37,674 nucleotides of DNA, taken from contig NW_021835828.1 of assembly GCF_006345805.1 (NCBI RefSeq), positions 1 through 37,674 of the forward strand, in the 5' to 3' direction. This stretch comes from Octopus sinensis (Eukaryota). A program made the translations under genes and the position numbers. The notes under the pieces are model-generated. The model was not told the origin of the DNA. It was given only the letters and a program-made list of their open reading frames with translations, and made no database searches. Every line of letters begins with the position of its first letter. The first letter of the stretch is position 1. Below, piece by piece: positions 1 to 10,538 of this stretch.

Positions 1-336
1 ATCAAAAAAAGTATAAAGTTGAACAGTGATATCTGAAATCGATGACTATAACTATCAAGTTGTAAAGGAAACCAATCCTTTTTTGCAAAAAACAGCAGTG
101 AGTGTCAATTACTTATTACTTATTATAAGAATCTATGAAATTTTCTATGAATCTATGAATTGACTTTTTTAATTTTATCAAATTCGTATTAAAAATGGTA
201 TACCTCCAGTTAATATTTACTGAAAACACCGTTGACATTTGAACTACTAATTCTTATTGTTTAAAAAAAACATATTTGTTATTATAATTAATATATTTAA
301 ATATACATAATAAATACATTTAATTTGTGTGAAAGT

Positions 337-625
337 ATGCTTTTAAGTGAAGACGCTCTTCTTCAACAATGGAAAGAATATAAAGAGAAATATGGAAGAA
401 TATTATATTATTTTATTTAGGCTTGAGTTCGAGGATGACGAATTACGTTTTTCAATTTTCACAGAAACTCTCAACACTATCCAAGAACACAATGCAAAGA
501 ATGAAAGAGGGGAAACCACGTTTATGATGGGCGGCGTGAACAATTTTCCCATTTGGTTTATTCTATTTTCAATTAAAGCGTTCTTCTGAAGTTCCTAAGG
601 GGTTTATTCCAAGGGAGAAAAATTT
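337..625 (+). pseudogene. Stand-alone I29 cathepsin-propeptide inhibitor, copy A (frameshifted; Merlin inserted at the stop codon)
   Basis: Paralog of 9142-9430. It has 1-nt deletions in exon 2 (gcttgagttc vs gctttgagttc; ttttcccattt), and the TAA of copy B is lost at the Merlin junction. Confidence 0.8.
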
Positions 626-1850
626 GGTACTTTTGTCGAAGTGTCGCAGTTTACCATTTTGGTACTTTTGTCGAAGTGGTCGCAGTTTTTTAGGCCTTTT
701 AAAAAATCTAATAATTTTGAGGTGGAATATATTATTTTATTTAAGTCGCTCTATCAATAATTTAAAATCTTATAAATTTTTACTAATTTATTTTCTAATT
801 TTTTAATATTATGGCGAGCATGTACCTAATATGATATAAACTGGCACTATAGGTCACATGGAAAATCTGTTGTGGACTTATGCAACATCAAATTCCGACA
901 GTCCAATAAGTAAGGAGGATGCAGTGCATTTTCTGCAAAATGTGTCGATTGGGCTATGTTTTTCGTGAAGTCTGTGTGGACGCACTTGTTAAAAGATCTG
1001 ACGGCAAAATTGGTATTATTAATGTTTATTTTCAGGTGGTCCTGGTATGATTGTGGAGGTAGACGAGAGTATGTTTTCCAAACGGAAAAACAACTCTGGA
1101 AGAGTTTTACCAAAACAGTGGGTCTTCGGTGGTATTTGTCGAGCCACCAAACAGTGTTTTCTGCAACCAGTCGCGGATAGGAGCAGAGAAACACTGCTCA
1201 GTCTAGTAATTCGATATGTCGAGGTGGGAAGCATTATTTATAGTGACTGCTGGAAAGGTTAGCATTATTTGATTAACATTTAGGGTATTCAACTGATCAA
1301 TTGGTTGTGAAAACGGCTACACACACGAAACCGTTAACCATAAGTAAGGAAATATAATATATTCAGAAAATTCTTTGTGGATCCAACGACGGGAGTGCAC
1401 ACCCAGACAGTAGAACGAATGTGGGGAAGTGCAAAATGCAAGAATAAAGCTCAAAGAGGAGCTGTAAGACATCATCTGGGATCTTATTCGCAGGTTTTTT
1501 TAGTTAGTTATTTTTTCAGAATTTATGTGGCGAAAACAAATACAGAACTATAAGGAATCTTTTGCACAGATTGTAAAGACAAAATTCCTTCTACAGTCCT
1601 GGAATTTGGATGCCGCGTACTAAAAATGACTAAATTGGTTAAATAAATTTTAAATAATTTTAATAACCATTTAAATTATTGATAGAGGGTTATAAATTAA
1701 ATAATCTATTTTTCACTAAAAAATTAATTAATTTTAATATCTTCTAAAAAAACTGCGAGAACACTTCGACAAAAAGTACCATATATGGTAAAAAATTAAT
1801 TAATTTTAATATCTTCTAAAAAAACTGCGACCACTTCGACAAAAAGTACC
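626..1850 (+). mobile_element. Merlin (IS1595/ISXO2-like eukaryotic DDE) DNA transposon with a degenerate, intron-containing transposase
   Basis: TIRs GGTACTTTT(T)GTCGAAGTG, doubled at each end. The element is absent from copy B (9421-9436), and there is a degenerate ATAATTT-like TSD. Spliced protein motifs: REVC..KIG|GPGMIVEVDES, WVFGGI, IYSDCWKG|Y, TVNHK|KFFVDP..HTQ.VE..W, EFMWR. GT-AG introns at 1013-1035, 1258-1283, 1344-1366 and 1494-1519. Confidence 0.9.
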
Positions 1851-2221
1851 ATAATTTTTGGAATCAGTTAATATCTCTAACGGGCGTGGTGGTTTTTAAT
1901 AATTTTTTTTTGTTTTAATAATGTTTTTAAATATTTTCTTTTATTTCTAACCAGGGGTGAATTAAAATTGCTCTGATTTTCTCTAAATTTCTGTTAAATT
2001 TAATCTTTTTATAATTTCGCACTTGAAATTCATGATGAAGAGCTATTTTTTAGATAAAGTTTTATTTGGAAAAAATTTTAATATTAAAAAATAACCATTT
2101 ACTACATATTTTTATTGAAAATTTCAATTATAATATATTTCGTGGGCATTATTTGCCCCCTGAGCGTTTTCAAACACGTTTGAATTGCAAGATTCAGGCA
2201 AGTTGGTGAACCTCATAACTC

Positions 2222-2836
2222 CACCGAGATTCAAGCGAGTTGGAAAAGTGTGAAACAAGAAACTATCAATAATTGTTTCAAAAAAGTTGGAATTATTTAA
2301 GGTCTTGATGAGTCTTATGCTGAAGAAGAGTTGTCACCAGATCCAATTATTGAGGCACAAAATTATGAGCTAGACCAAATTAGGATTGAAGAAGATATGA
2401 TTCAAACAGAAAAAATCATTGATGACGATGAAATTATTGCACTGTTTCAAGAAGAATACACTGCTAAAGATATCATACTTAATGCTTTAGATGGCCAGGT
2501 CGATGAGAGTTACGATATTAGCCCAACCACTTTATTTTATGTAATTCAAATTGTCATTAAATCAAGTTGTTGTTCGAATTGCTTTTCTCAAAATATAACA
2601 ACGATACTGTAAAAAAAATTGCAACACATCTCGGGTGATTTACAAAAATTAATTAAAAAACACTATACAATGAACTTTATTTGATTTTTTCAGTAAATAA
2701 TTGTGTTTATAAACAGATTCGTAAATTGATCACTAATTTGATCATTATCTAACAATCATAAATTTTAGATTCTTTCATAATCCGAAACCCGAAGCGAAAA
2801 TCAATTTGAATTTTTCTGATTAACGAGGTTTGACTG
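2222..2836 (+). mobile_element. 3' remnant of a Tigger/pogo-like transposon (copy A); copy B at 10096-10538 plus 11798-11861
   Basis: Translates IQASWKSVKQETINNCFKKVGI (Tigger DDE_1 C-terminal motif) followed by an acidic tail. Ends in GAGGTTTGACTG|TA, the reverse complement of a CAGTCAAACCTC pogo-type TIR with TA. Confidence 0.7.
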
Positions 2837-4252
2837 TATTCTTATTTCAGCTATCTGGAGGATCATTGATATATGCTCTCTGATATTTACACTGTTTATA
2901 AGCTACTAAGTAGAAGTGTGTTTTAATTAAAATAATATTTTTTTCATTAATAAATTATCTTAATTTTTAGTTACCCAATTATAAATAGAAAGCCTAATAA
3001 ATTATGCCACGTGTGACCACGCTGTTGGCATACCTTGATGTCCTGCTACATTATTTGGTCGATCTTTATTTTTATTTAATTGGATTAGGAGGAATATTTT
3101 GCGATGCAGTTTCTTTTAATGGATAAATTATCTGAAATTTCATCATTTTGTAATATTTGCGAGTTTATTCTTTCAATCTGTTTACTTTATTTTTATTTAT
3201 TGACTTTCACCTTATTTTTGATAGAAAGTTCTATTCTTAATATTCTTATAGCAGAATTTTATTCATTGTTCCTGGATTTTTTAAAAAGTGGGGCTGCTTT
3301 TTTTAATTTTGAAAATATTTATTTCTAAATTGAATGGTAATTCGATCATCCTGTACTTGAACTTTTAGCTGCAGCAATTTCAAGGCATTCATGCCCCAAA
3401 TTGACTGCAGCTTTAAATGATCTATTTTTATTTTTGGGACATCTAGGTAATAAAATAACCAATATGTACTTTTTAAATGTCTAGCACATATTTCTCGGCT
3501 GGTCCGATGGTTGGTAACATCGGTTTTGATCTCAGTTTTCCATTTTGAGACAAAATCGATGCTTCTACCAGGTCTCAAACTGTTTTAATTGCCCTCTAAA
3601 ACAGAAATATATGTTTTTATAAATTAATGTGTCCGGCATATTAATGGACTCCATCACAATCTAATTAATATCAGCTACGTCTATATAAAAAGTATCGTAC
3701 TTTTTTTTCCGCATAATTTTAAACCTTTTTTTGATGGTTTTAATGACTTCTGGAAAACTAAGATAGACAAACAAACTTATCCTCATTTTTGAAAATTATT
3801 GATTAATTTATTGATCAAAAACAGGAACCGAAAGAAAACAAGGAAAGATGGTTAACGGGGAGATTAAACAAGGCACCGAAGTGTCTTTTTATAGTCAGTG
3901 TCGACAACTTTTCTCCAAGACCACCCGGATTGTGGTCACAGATGATTCTTGCAAGCTGCGGGACGTCTCTTTGAAGTTCCACACATCCCGTTAGGCGGTT
4001 TCCACAGCGAACAGAAGATTTCCTTCCACATAAGAAGTTTTCTAGCCATCAATAGGTCTTTTATCCGGCTCCTTCTTCATTTTCTCGCCTGTTTTTTGAA
4101 GATTTTCCAGAATGTTCATATTTTGCTGGTCATCTTCCGAGCATTCATTTTTTTCGTAATTTATCTCTTCTTCTGAGTCAGTTCTATCTAATGCCATTAA
4201 TGCGTTTATTTCATTTTTGTCTGGTTTTTTTTAATTTTCATAAAACTTTGAA

Positions 4253-4985
4253 CATCCTGTTCAGGGCTGTGCAGATCAACTCAACCACTCTGTCCGGCGC
4301 GTATTTTAATAACTCTGCAGTCACGTTGTCTGGTCCCGAAGCTCTGCCATTTTTCAGCTTGCTCAAGGCTGAAAGGACTTCATAGCGGGTGATGTCTTTA
4401 TTAAGTCCTCTGGATGTTCCTTCGAATGGTTCCAGGTGGTCATTGATATTTAGTCGTCTTTTGTAAAAGGTTGCAATTTTGTTTGCTGATTCTTGGTCAT
4501 CGATTATGGTCTTTCCCGCATCATCGAAGATTACAATTCTCTCCGGTTTGGTATTCCGGGATAGTTTCTTGGCTGCAGCGAACATTTTTGCTCCATTTTT
4601 GTATCGGTCGATGTCCTTTGCCAGGTTATCTAATGTAAGCCTAGCTAGCTCTTTGACCCTTTTCTTTATTCTGTATTTAATTTCGTTGCGTTTTCTTTTA
4701 AGAGAATCAACGAGGCCGGTCGAGTTTGACGATTCAATTAGGAGACGGAGTTTCCTTTGTTCTTTTGCAAGTTTGTCTATTTTTTGTCAAAAGTCCCCTT
4801 GAATCCCCTTGGACGATTTCCCAGTACCGTCTGTGCGGCCTTCTTAACTCTGATCGAAATATGCTTCCATTGTAGTCCGGGAGGCGCATTCGAGTCGATA
4901 TTGTCCAACAGTTTGAGTATTTCTCGCCATACTTTATACGAGTATGGTCTGGAACACATAGGGTCTCCACTATTTCAAAAAATCT
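4253..4985 (-). mobile_element. LINE (APE-type non-LTR) ORF2 fragment, region just upstream of the RT domain
   Basis: ITRYEVLSALSKLKNGRASGPDNVTAELLK matches the conserved I..EV..A...LK.GKA.GPD...ELLK motif. Frameshifted and truncated. Confidence 0.85.
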
Positions 4986-5029
4986 AATCCAGTTAACTTT
5001 GTATGTTTCCTTGGCACTGTTTAAAAGTG

Positions 5030-5210
5030 CCGAGAGAAGTCGAAAAGTGCGAAAGATCAGCAATTAATGAATACGTTTGATTGACACGCGTAGTGGTAAA
5101 GATCAACGGCATTATTCTCTTTAAAAAAGTACGTGCAACCACAAAGAGACCAGCTGGTTTTTTCAGCATATTTTTTGGCAATTATAAGGGCGAATATTAA
5201 TACAATTTGT
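5030..5210 (+). mobile_element. CRE-clade retroelement 3' tip
   Basis: NHKETSWFFQHIFLAIIRAN (one frameshift) aligns with ESSWLRQRISLAIVRGN of the larger CRE copy at 35010-36110. Confidence 0.55.
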
Positions 5211-5834
5211 CGCTCCTTGGTATCCTTGCTCTTTTTTCTATTAATTTAAAAAATTAAGTTAAAAAAACATTAAATGTTTGAATACCTCTAATTTTTAAAC
5301 ACTTCACTGTGAAATTGGATTCCAAATCTGATTCTCATTTTGTATATTGCCATTTTATTTCCAATAATTGATATTTTTCACTCTAAGGGATATTTTTCTT
5401 GATCTCTTTTTGCCGCTTTCTTTTTTTGCCATTTAAAAACAATTCTAGGCCAAAAGAAGTTGCCGTAAAAGTTTTTCCAAAAAATTACTCAATTTAGCGA
5501 GTCACTCTCCCTATTTATAATTTTGCTCTCAATTGTATTTTACAATTTGATTTCTTTAGTTCCTTAATAGTCAGCTTCTACTAACTCAACTGGCCAGGCC
5601 AAAATGATTTCTCAACCGTTCCTAGGAATTCATCTGAGCATTAAATAAGTAGACTCGAGCAGAGGCACAGAATATTCTGGCTCAGCATTGTAATCAGTAA
5701 AAAATAATTGTCACGGCTTGGATAATCCTTCTTTAAATAACTTATTAAATCAAATGAAAATAGCCTGATACTAAAATTAGATCAAATTATTTTATTTTCA
5801 TCAATTTTTTGTTTAAATAAATTTTATAAGAAGT

Positions 5835-6310
5835 CGGCGAAACCAAAATCACAGATTCTTCCAAATCAATAATTTTCTATATTGAGACCAAACTTCTAAT
5901 TTTGATCAAATTTATTGAACTCTAAAATTAACAAGTACAAAGTAGAAAATTTTTATAAAGCTGATAAAGCTGACATTTTCTACAAATTTGTTATTGCAAA
6001 ATGTGTCTGCCAGAAATTCCGATCAAAACGTGTTTTCTCCGTTTAGAGAAAAGCAAAGATCCATGTCAAAAGTAATTTCTAGGACCGTTTAACTTCTGTT
6101 GAAAGTTATGGCCATATTTTTCAGCTTCAAAGCGACTGTCTTCCTTGCCAATCTTATATCAGATGTGAGTTAGGTTTCGTAAGACTTCCTACCTTTTACT
6201 TTTAATTAATTCCTAAAAATTGTTTTCTCTATTGAAATCTTGATGCAACAATTGTTAATGTCTACAAAATTTTTTTTAGAAATATCATCACTGATACTAT
6301 TCATTCAATC
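5835..6310 (-). pseudogene. Probable second glutamyl-tRNA synthetase remnant (anticodon-binding region)
   Basis: 6120-6152 matches 19786-19818 at 29/33 nt, with 3 of 4 differences at third codon positions (IGKEDSRFEAE vs IGKEEIRFEAE). Flanked, in GluRS order, by KNFVD..TIFRN*, LTWI and IIDLE..ICD-like motifs. Confidence 0.45.
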
Positions 6311-6701
6311 CTGATACGATTCTCTAACAAATCTGTTGCAGTTTTCAAGAGCCTTATGTACCCAGAACTGTTTTTCACCGTTTTCAACGCACTCGACTTA
6401 ATAAGAGTCGTGGAAATAATATGTGGCTTTTTTGATTTTCTTGATATGCTACTTCCCTTCGGTTCTGGAGGCCACTCGTCTTGATCGCTGAGACGGCAAG
6501 CGTCCGACGGTATGACGGTCTGCCCATACAGCGAGGGGAAGTGTCTGGTATGAGATATAACCTCTGCGGACATCTTTGCTCCAGGGGACCGTTACTCAGT
6601 CTGCGTAGTGTCCTGGCTTCGCGTCTTAGCGGGCAAAGGAAAACAAACGGAGGAAGCACGCGTCGCTTTCTGACCCGTACCACTTAATTTTAAAATTAAC
6701 A

Positions 6702-6944
6702 CTTTCTGACAATCGAAATGATGCTGGAAACTAATTCACCAATTACGCCAATAATATCGGGATATTCTTAAGTATTTATTTGAAGTATTAAATTTTAGAT
6801 TATAATTGTTATCGATTAAATTTCGAAATATGCAATGGTTAAAATTGCAACTATCAAAAACTCAATCCATTCCGATAATAAAAAAAAGTTTAATGGTTGA
6901 GTTATGTGCATTTCTCAAACCCCGTAAAAGTACGTCTGTAAAAT
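6702..6944 (+). repeat. ~250-bp dispersed repeat; inverted copy at 36633-36890
   Basis: ctttctgacaatcgaaatgatgctggaaacta...cccgtaaaagtacgtctgtaaaat aligns along its length with the reverse complement of 36633-36890. Confidence 0.85.
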
Positions 6945-7124
6945 TCTTTCATCTTGCCCATTTTCTTAATTAAAAAATGGTATGGTGTGTGTCTGTCTGT
7001 GCAACTTCAAATTAGCAAACTACAGATAAATTATCAAAATCCTTTCCCATTATAATTTCCAATAATCGGGAACAAGACAAAAATGACGAGGTCCTCCAAA
7101 AATACTCTCAAGAATATCTTCAAC

Positions 7125-7325
7125 GATGAGGTACTTAAAACCTTTCCGCCAAGAAATCGACAAAAATATTTTCTGGATTTTGCTTAAAATGAACAAAAAT
7201 GTCCTCTAATCACATGATAAGGTACTTTAAACCTTTCCGCCAAAAAAATTAAAAAAATATTTTATACATTTTGGTTAAAATAAACAACTACGATGTTCCA
7301 GACTCACATAATAAGGTCCTTAAAG
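7125..7325. repeat. Degenerate ~91-94-bp tandem repeat (2 units plus a partial third)
   Basis: Units start gatgaggtacttaaaacctttccgcc (7125), gataaggtactttaaacctttccgcc (7216) and aataaggtccttaaa (7310). Confidence 0.7.
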
Positions 7326-7330
7326 TACTG

Positions 7331-7384
7331 ATAGCAATCCTGCAAGGTAACTCGCTTGCAATCCGCGGTGCGGCCAATGACTAA
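7331..7384 (+). mobile_element. Extremely short CRE-clade 3' tip
   Basis: IAILQGNSLAIRGAAND* aligns with LAIVRGNAQAIR of the other CRE tips. Confidence 0.5.
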
Positions 7385-8239
7385 TCTTAATTTATGTTAA
7401 CTTTTTCCTCAATTGACCTGCTACTTTGATTCAAAAATAACGGTTTGTCACGAAACAAGTCAGTAATTAACACTCGTGTGTGATGAACTAGTCAAAGTTT
7501 TGGAGGAACACAAAGAATAAAATTATATAGACGTGGTTGAGAGTCCAGCTTCATTAATCGCACCCGAATTGATGAAATGCTCGAATCTTGTGCAAAACAG
7601 AAATTTATTCTTTGTAGAAAACACAATGTGTTCCCACTGCATGAGTTAGAAAAAGACCGTCAACCTCCGTGCCACTAGATGTGAGAAAATGTTTCATTAA
7701 AGAGATCAAAGCACTTTCGAATAAGGAGTTGCAAGCCTATTTTTTTCGACAAGATAAGAAATCGCAATTTTTTGATTGAAATGGGATAAACAAAAATTTA
7801 CTGCAAGTCGAGATCGAAAAAATGTGAAAATACGACTTTTTGTCCTAAGGAACAGGCTACTAACCGTGAGATAAAGAAAACATTCTAATCTTATAGAAGT
7901 TTCTATTAAATTTAAAATACCAATTGTCTTTACTGTATAGTTTTCTTAATTCGAGAATGTATTGCTTTTCTCAAATGATTCGTATTTCATAGCGGATTTG
8001 AATAGAATTCTTTTGTATTCTCCCTTTATGACTATTCATACCAGTTGTTCCCAACCTGGGTTCCGGGGACCCCTTGCCATGGTATGGTGTCAAAAAATAT
8101 TTCATTTTATTCATGCGAGTCAGGGTTTTCACTTTAGCCAAAACAAAATGTAGAAATAAACTTAATGCTTCACACGATATAAAGATACATTTGTCAATAA
8201 TAACTCCTAACATTGCACAACTATGCTAAGATAACAGAT

Positions 8240-8600
8240 TACCTTAATGTTCACATTAAAAAGGTCTTTCAGTTGCTTTTAGGTTTTGTCGACTTAATAA
8301 ACCTCTCATATGCACACTGTCCGGTGTATACAATATCTGTAATTTCATTAATGTTCAAGCCTGGGGTGGAATTAATATATTCTCTTATGGATGTGTCGAA
8401 CCCAGCCAGAATATTCATTTTAAGAGTTTTCTTTAGGATTTTCCTAGTTGGGATTCAGTAATTCCTCCCATTTTTCTTGATTCTTTTCATCTAAGAAAAA
8501 ATTCCTCGCAACATCTCTTGAACATCGATCGAGACCATTTCCTTCTTCAGTTTGTCAGTTTAACTTTGGATAGATGCAAGCATGCTTTTGATATTTATCA
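8240..8600 (-). mobile_element. Decayed N-terminal fragment of an R4/Dong-like non-LTR retroelement
   Basis: IPTRKI...INEITDIVYTGQCAYERFIKSTKPKSN* resembles, from recollection, the N-terminal region of the family represented at 10539-11797. Multiple stops. Confidence 0.35.
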
Positions 8601-9141
8601 CAGATTTTTGTGTTTAAATTTTGATTTAAAAGCATGAGTAATCAGATTCTAGCCTTCACGGAGAATCCTCTCAAATATTAATTTTGCAGTTTTGGCAACG
8701 TCTGAGCTCCATTGCTTCTTTTCCTCAAGACTGACTCGATAAATTAATGTAGAGATCAAATGCAATGCCAAATTTTATCCAAAGCATACATACAGTTGAT
8801 AACAATCAAAAAAAGTATAAAAGTTGAACAGTGATAATCTGAAATCGATAACTATAACTATGAAGTTGTAAAGGAAACCAATTACTTTTTTGCAAAAAAC
8901 AGCAGTGAGTGTCAATTACTTATTATAAGAATCTATGAAATTTTTCTATGAATCTATGAATTGACTTTTTTTAATTTTATTAAATTCGTATTAAAAATGG
9001 TATACCTCCAATTTAATATTTACTGAAAACACCGTTGACATTTGAACTACTAATTCTTATTGTTTTCAAAAAAAACATATTTGTTATTATAATTAATATA
9101 TTTAAATATACATAATAAATACATTTAATTTGTGTGAAAGT

Positions 9142-9430
9142 ATGCCTTTAAGTGAAGACGCTCTTCTTCAACAATGGAAAGAATATAAAGAGAAATATGG
9201 AAGAATATTTATTATTATTTATTTAGGCTTTGAGTTCGAGGATGACGAATTACGTTTTTCAATTTTCACAGAAACTCTCAACACTATCGAAGAACACAAT
9301 GCAAAGTATGAAAGAGGGGAAACCACGTTTATGATGGGCGTGAACCATTTTTCCCATTTGGTTTTATTTCTATTTTCAATTAAAGCGTTCTTCTGAAGTT
9401 CCTAAGGGGTTTATTCCAAGGGAGAAATAA
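9142..9430 (+). CDS. Stand-alone cathepsin propeptide-like cysteine protease inhibitor (I29; crammer/CTLA-2-like), 79 aa; exons 9142-9202, 9227-9360, 9386-9430
   Basis: Spliced product MPLSEDALLQQWKEYKEKYGSFEFEDDELRFSIFTETLNTIEEHNAKYERGETTFMMGVNHFSHLRSSEVPKGFIPREK*. It has ERFNIN-like (D-R-F-T-I-N) and GNFD-like (GVNHFSH) motifs, then a stop with no mature protease domain. Intron 2 is GT-AG (25 nt); intron 1 (24 nt) would need a GA donor. Confidence 0.8.
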
Positions 9431-10538
9431 TTTTTTGGAATCAGTTAATATCTCTAACGGGCGTGGTTTTTAATAATTTTTTTTTGTTTTAATAATGTTT
9501 TTAAATATTGACAAAAATGATTTTCTTTTTACAGTAAAATCTCTGTTGCTCGCTACTTCTTTTATTCCTAACCAGGGGTGAATTAAAATTGCTCTGATTT
9601 TCTCTATATTTCTGTTTAATTTAATCTTTTTATAATTTCGCACTTGAAATTCATGATGAAGGGCTATTTTTTAGATAAAGTTTTATTTGGAAAAAATTTT
9701 AATATTAAAAAATAACCATTTACTACATATTTTTATTGAAAATTTCAATTATAATATATTTCGGGGGTTTCTTTATTAGTGATAAATTCTCGAAATTGTG
9801 TCATTCAAGTTTTAAATAAAGAAAGGTATTGGCTAAAAGTAGCCGAATCATTCTTATGCTGCCTTCATCAACAATATTCATAACCAAGTTAAGTAGTTTC
9901 TAGACTTCCTGCACCACAGGAATGCGCACATTCATTTGTTTTATGCCCTTCAAGTTTGGACATCGTACTGGAACGAAAATGCGCCAGGGGGACGAGTTTT
10001 GATGATTCTTTTCCGGTGGGCATTATTTGTCCCCTGAGCGTTTCCAAATACTTTGAATTGCGAGATTCAGGCGAGTTGGTGAACCTCATAACTCCATCGA
10101 GATTCAAGCGAGTTGGGAAAGTGTGAAACAAGAAACTATCAATAATTGTTTCAAATAAGTTGGAATTATTTAAGGTCTTGATGAGTCTTATGCTGAAGAA
10201 GAGTTGTCACCAGATCCAATTATTGAGACACAAAATTATGAGCTAGACCAAATTATGATTGAAGAAGATATGATTCAAACAGAAAAAATCATTGATGACG
10301 ATGAAATTATTGCACTGTTTCAAGAAGAATACACTGTTAAAGATATCATACGTAATGCTTTAGATGGCCAGGTCGATGAGAGTTACGATATTAGCCCAAC
10401 CACTTTATTTTATGTAATTCAAATTGTCATTAAATCAAGTTGTTGTTTGAATTGCTTTTCTCAAAATATAACAAACGATACTGTAAAAAATTTGCAACAC
10501 ATCTCGGGTGATTTACAAAAATTAATTAAAAAACACTA

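Larger units (their letters stand above)
1..4252 (+). repeat. Segmental duplication, copy A (runs off the left edge; partner 8805-13270)
   Basis: Near-identical sequence from atcaaaaaaagtataa (1 vs 8805) to cataaaactttgaa (4252 vs 13270), interrupted by copy-specific insertions and deletions. Confidence 0.95.

Noticed and set aside
626-1850. Bacterial IS1595 or prokaryotic contamination
   Set aside because: The transposase contains spliceosomal introns and sits in a eukaryotic duplicated locus with an empty-site paralog.
5835-6150. Protein kinase pseudogene (TVALK and ICDFGFA on the - strand)
   Set aside because: No HRD or glycine-rich loop is present. The third-position bias in the match to 19786-19818 supports a different frame, and ICD fits the GluRS C-terminal FFICD motif.
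7125-7325. CRISPR array
   Set aside because: The units are degenerate ~91-bp tandem repeats without unique spacers, there are no cas genes, and the context is eukaryotic.
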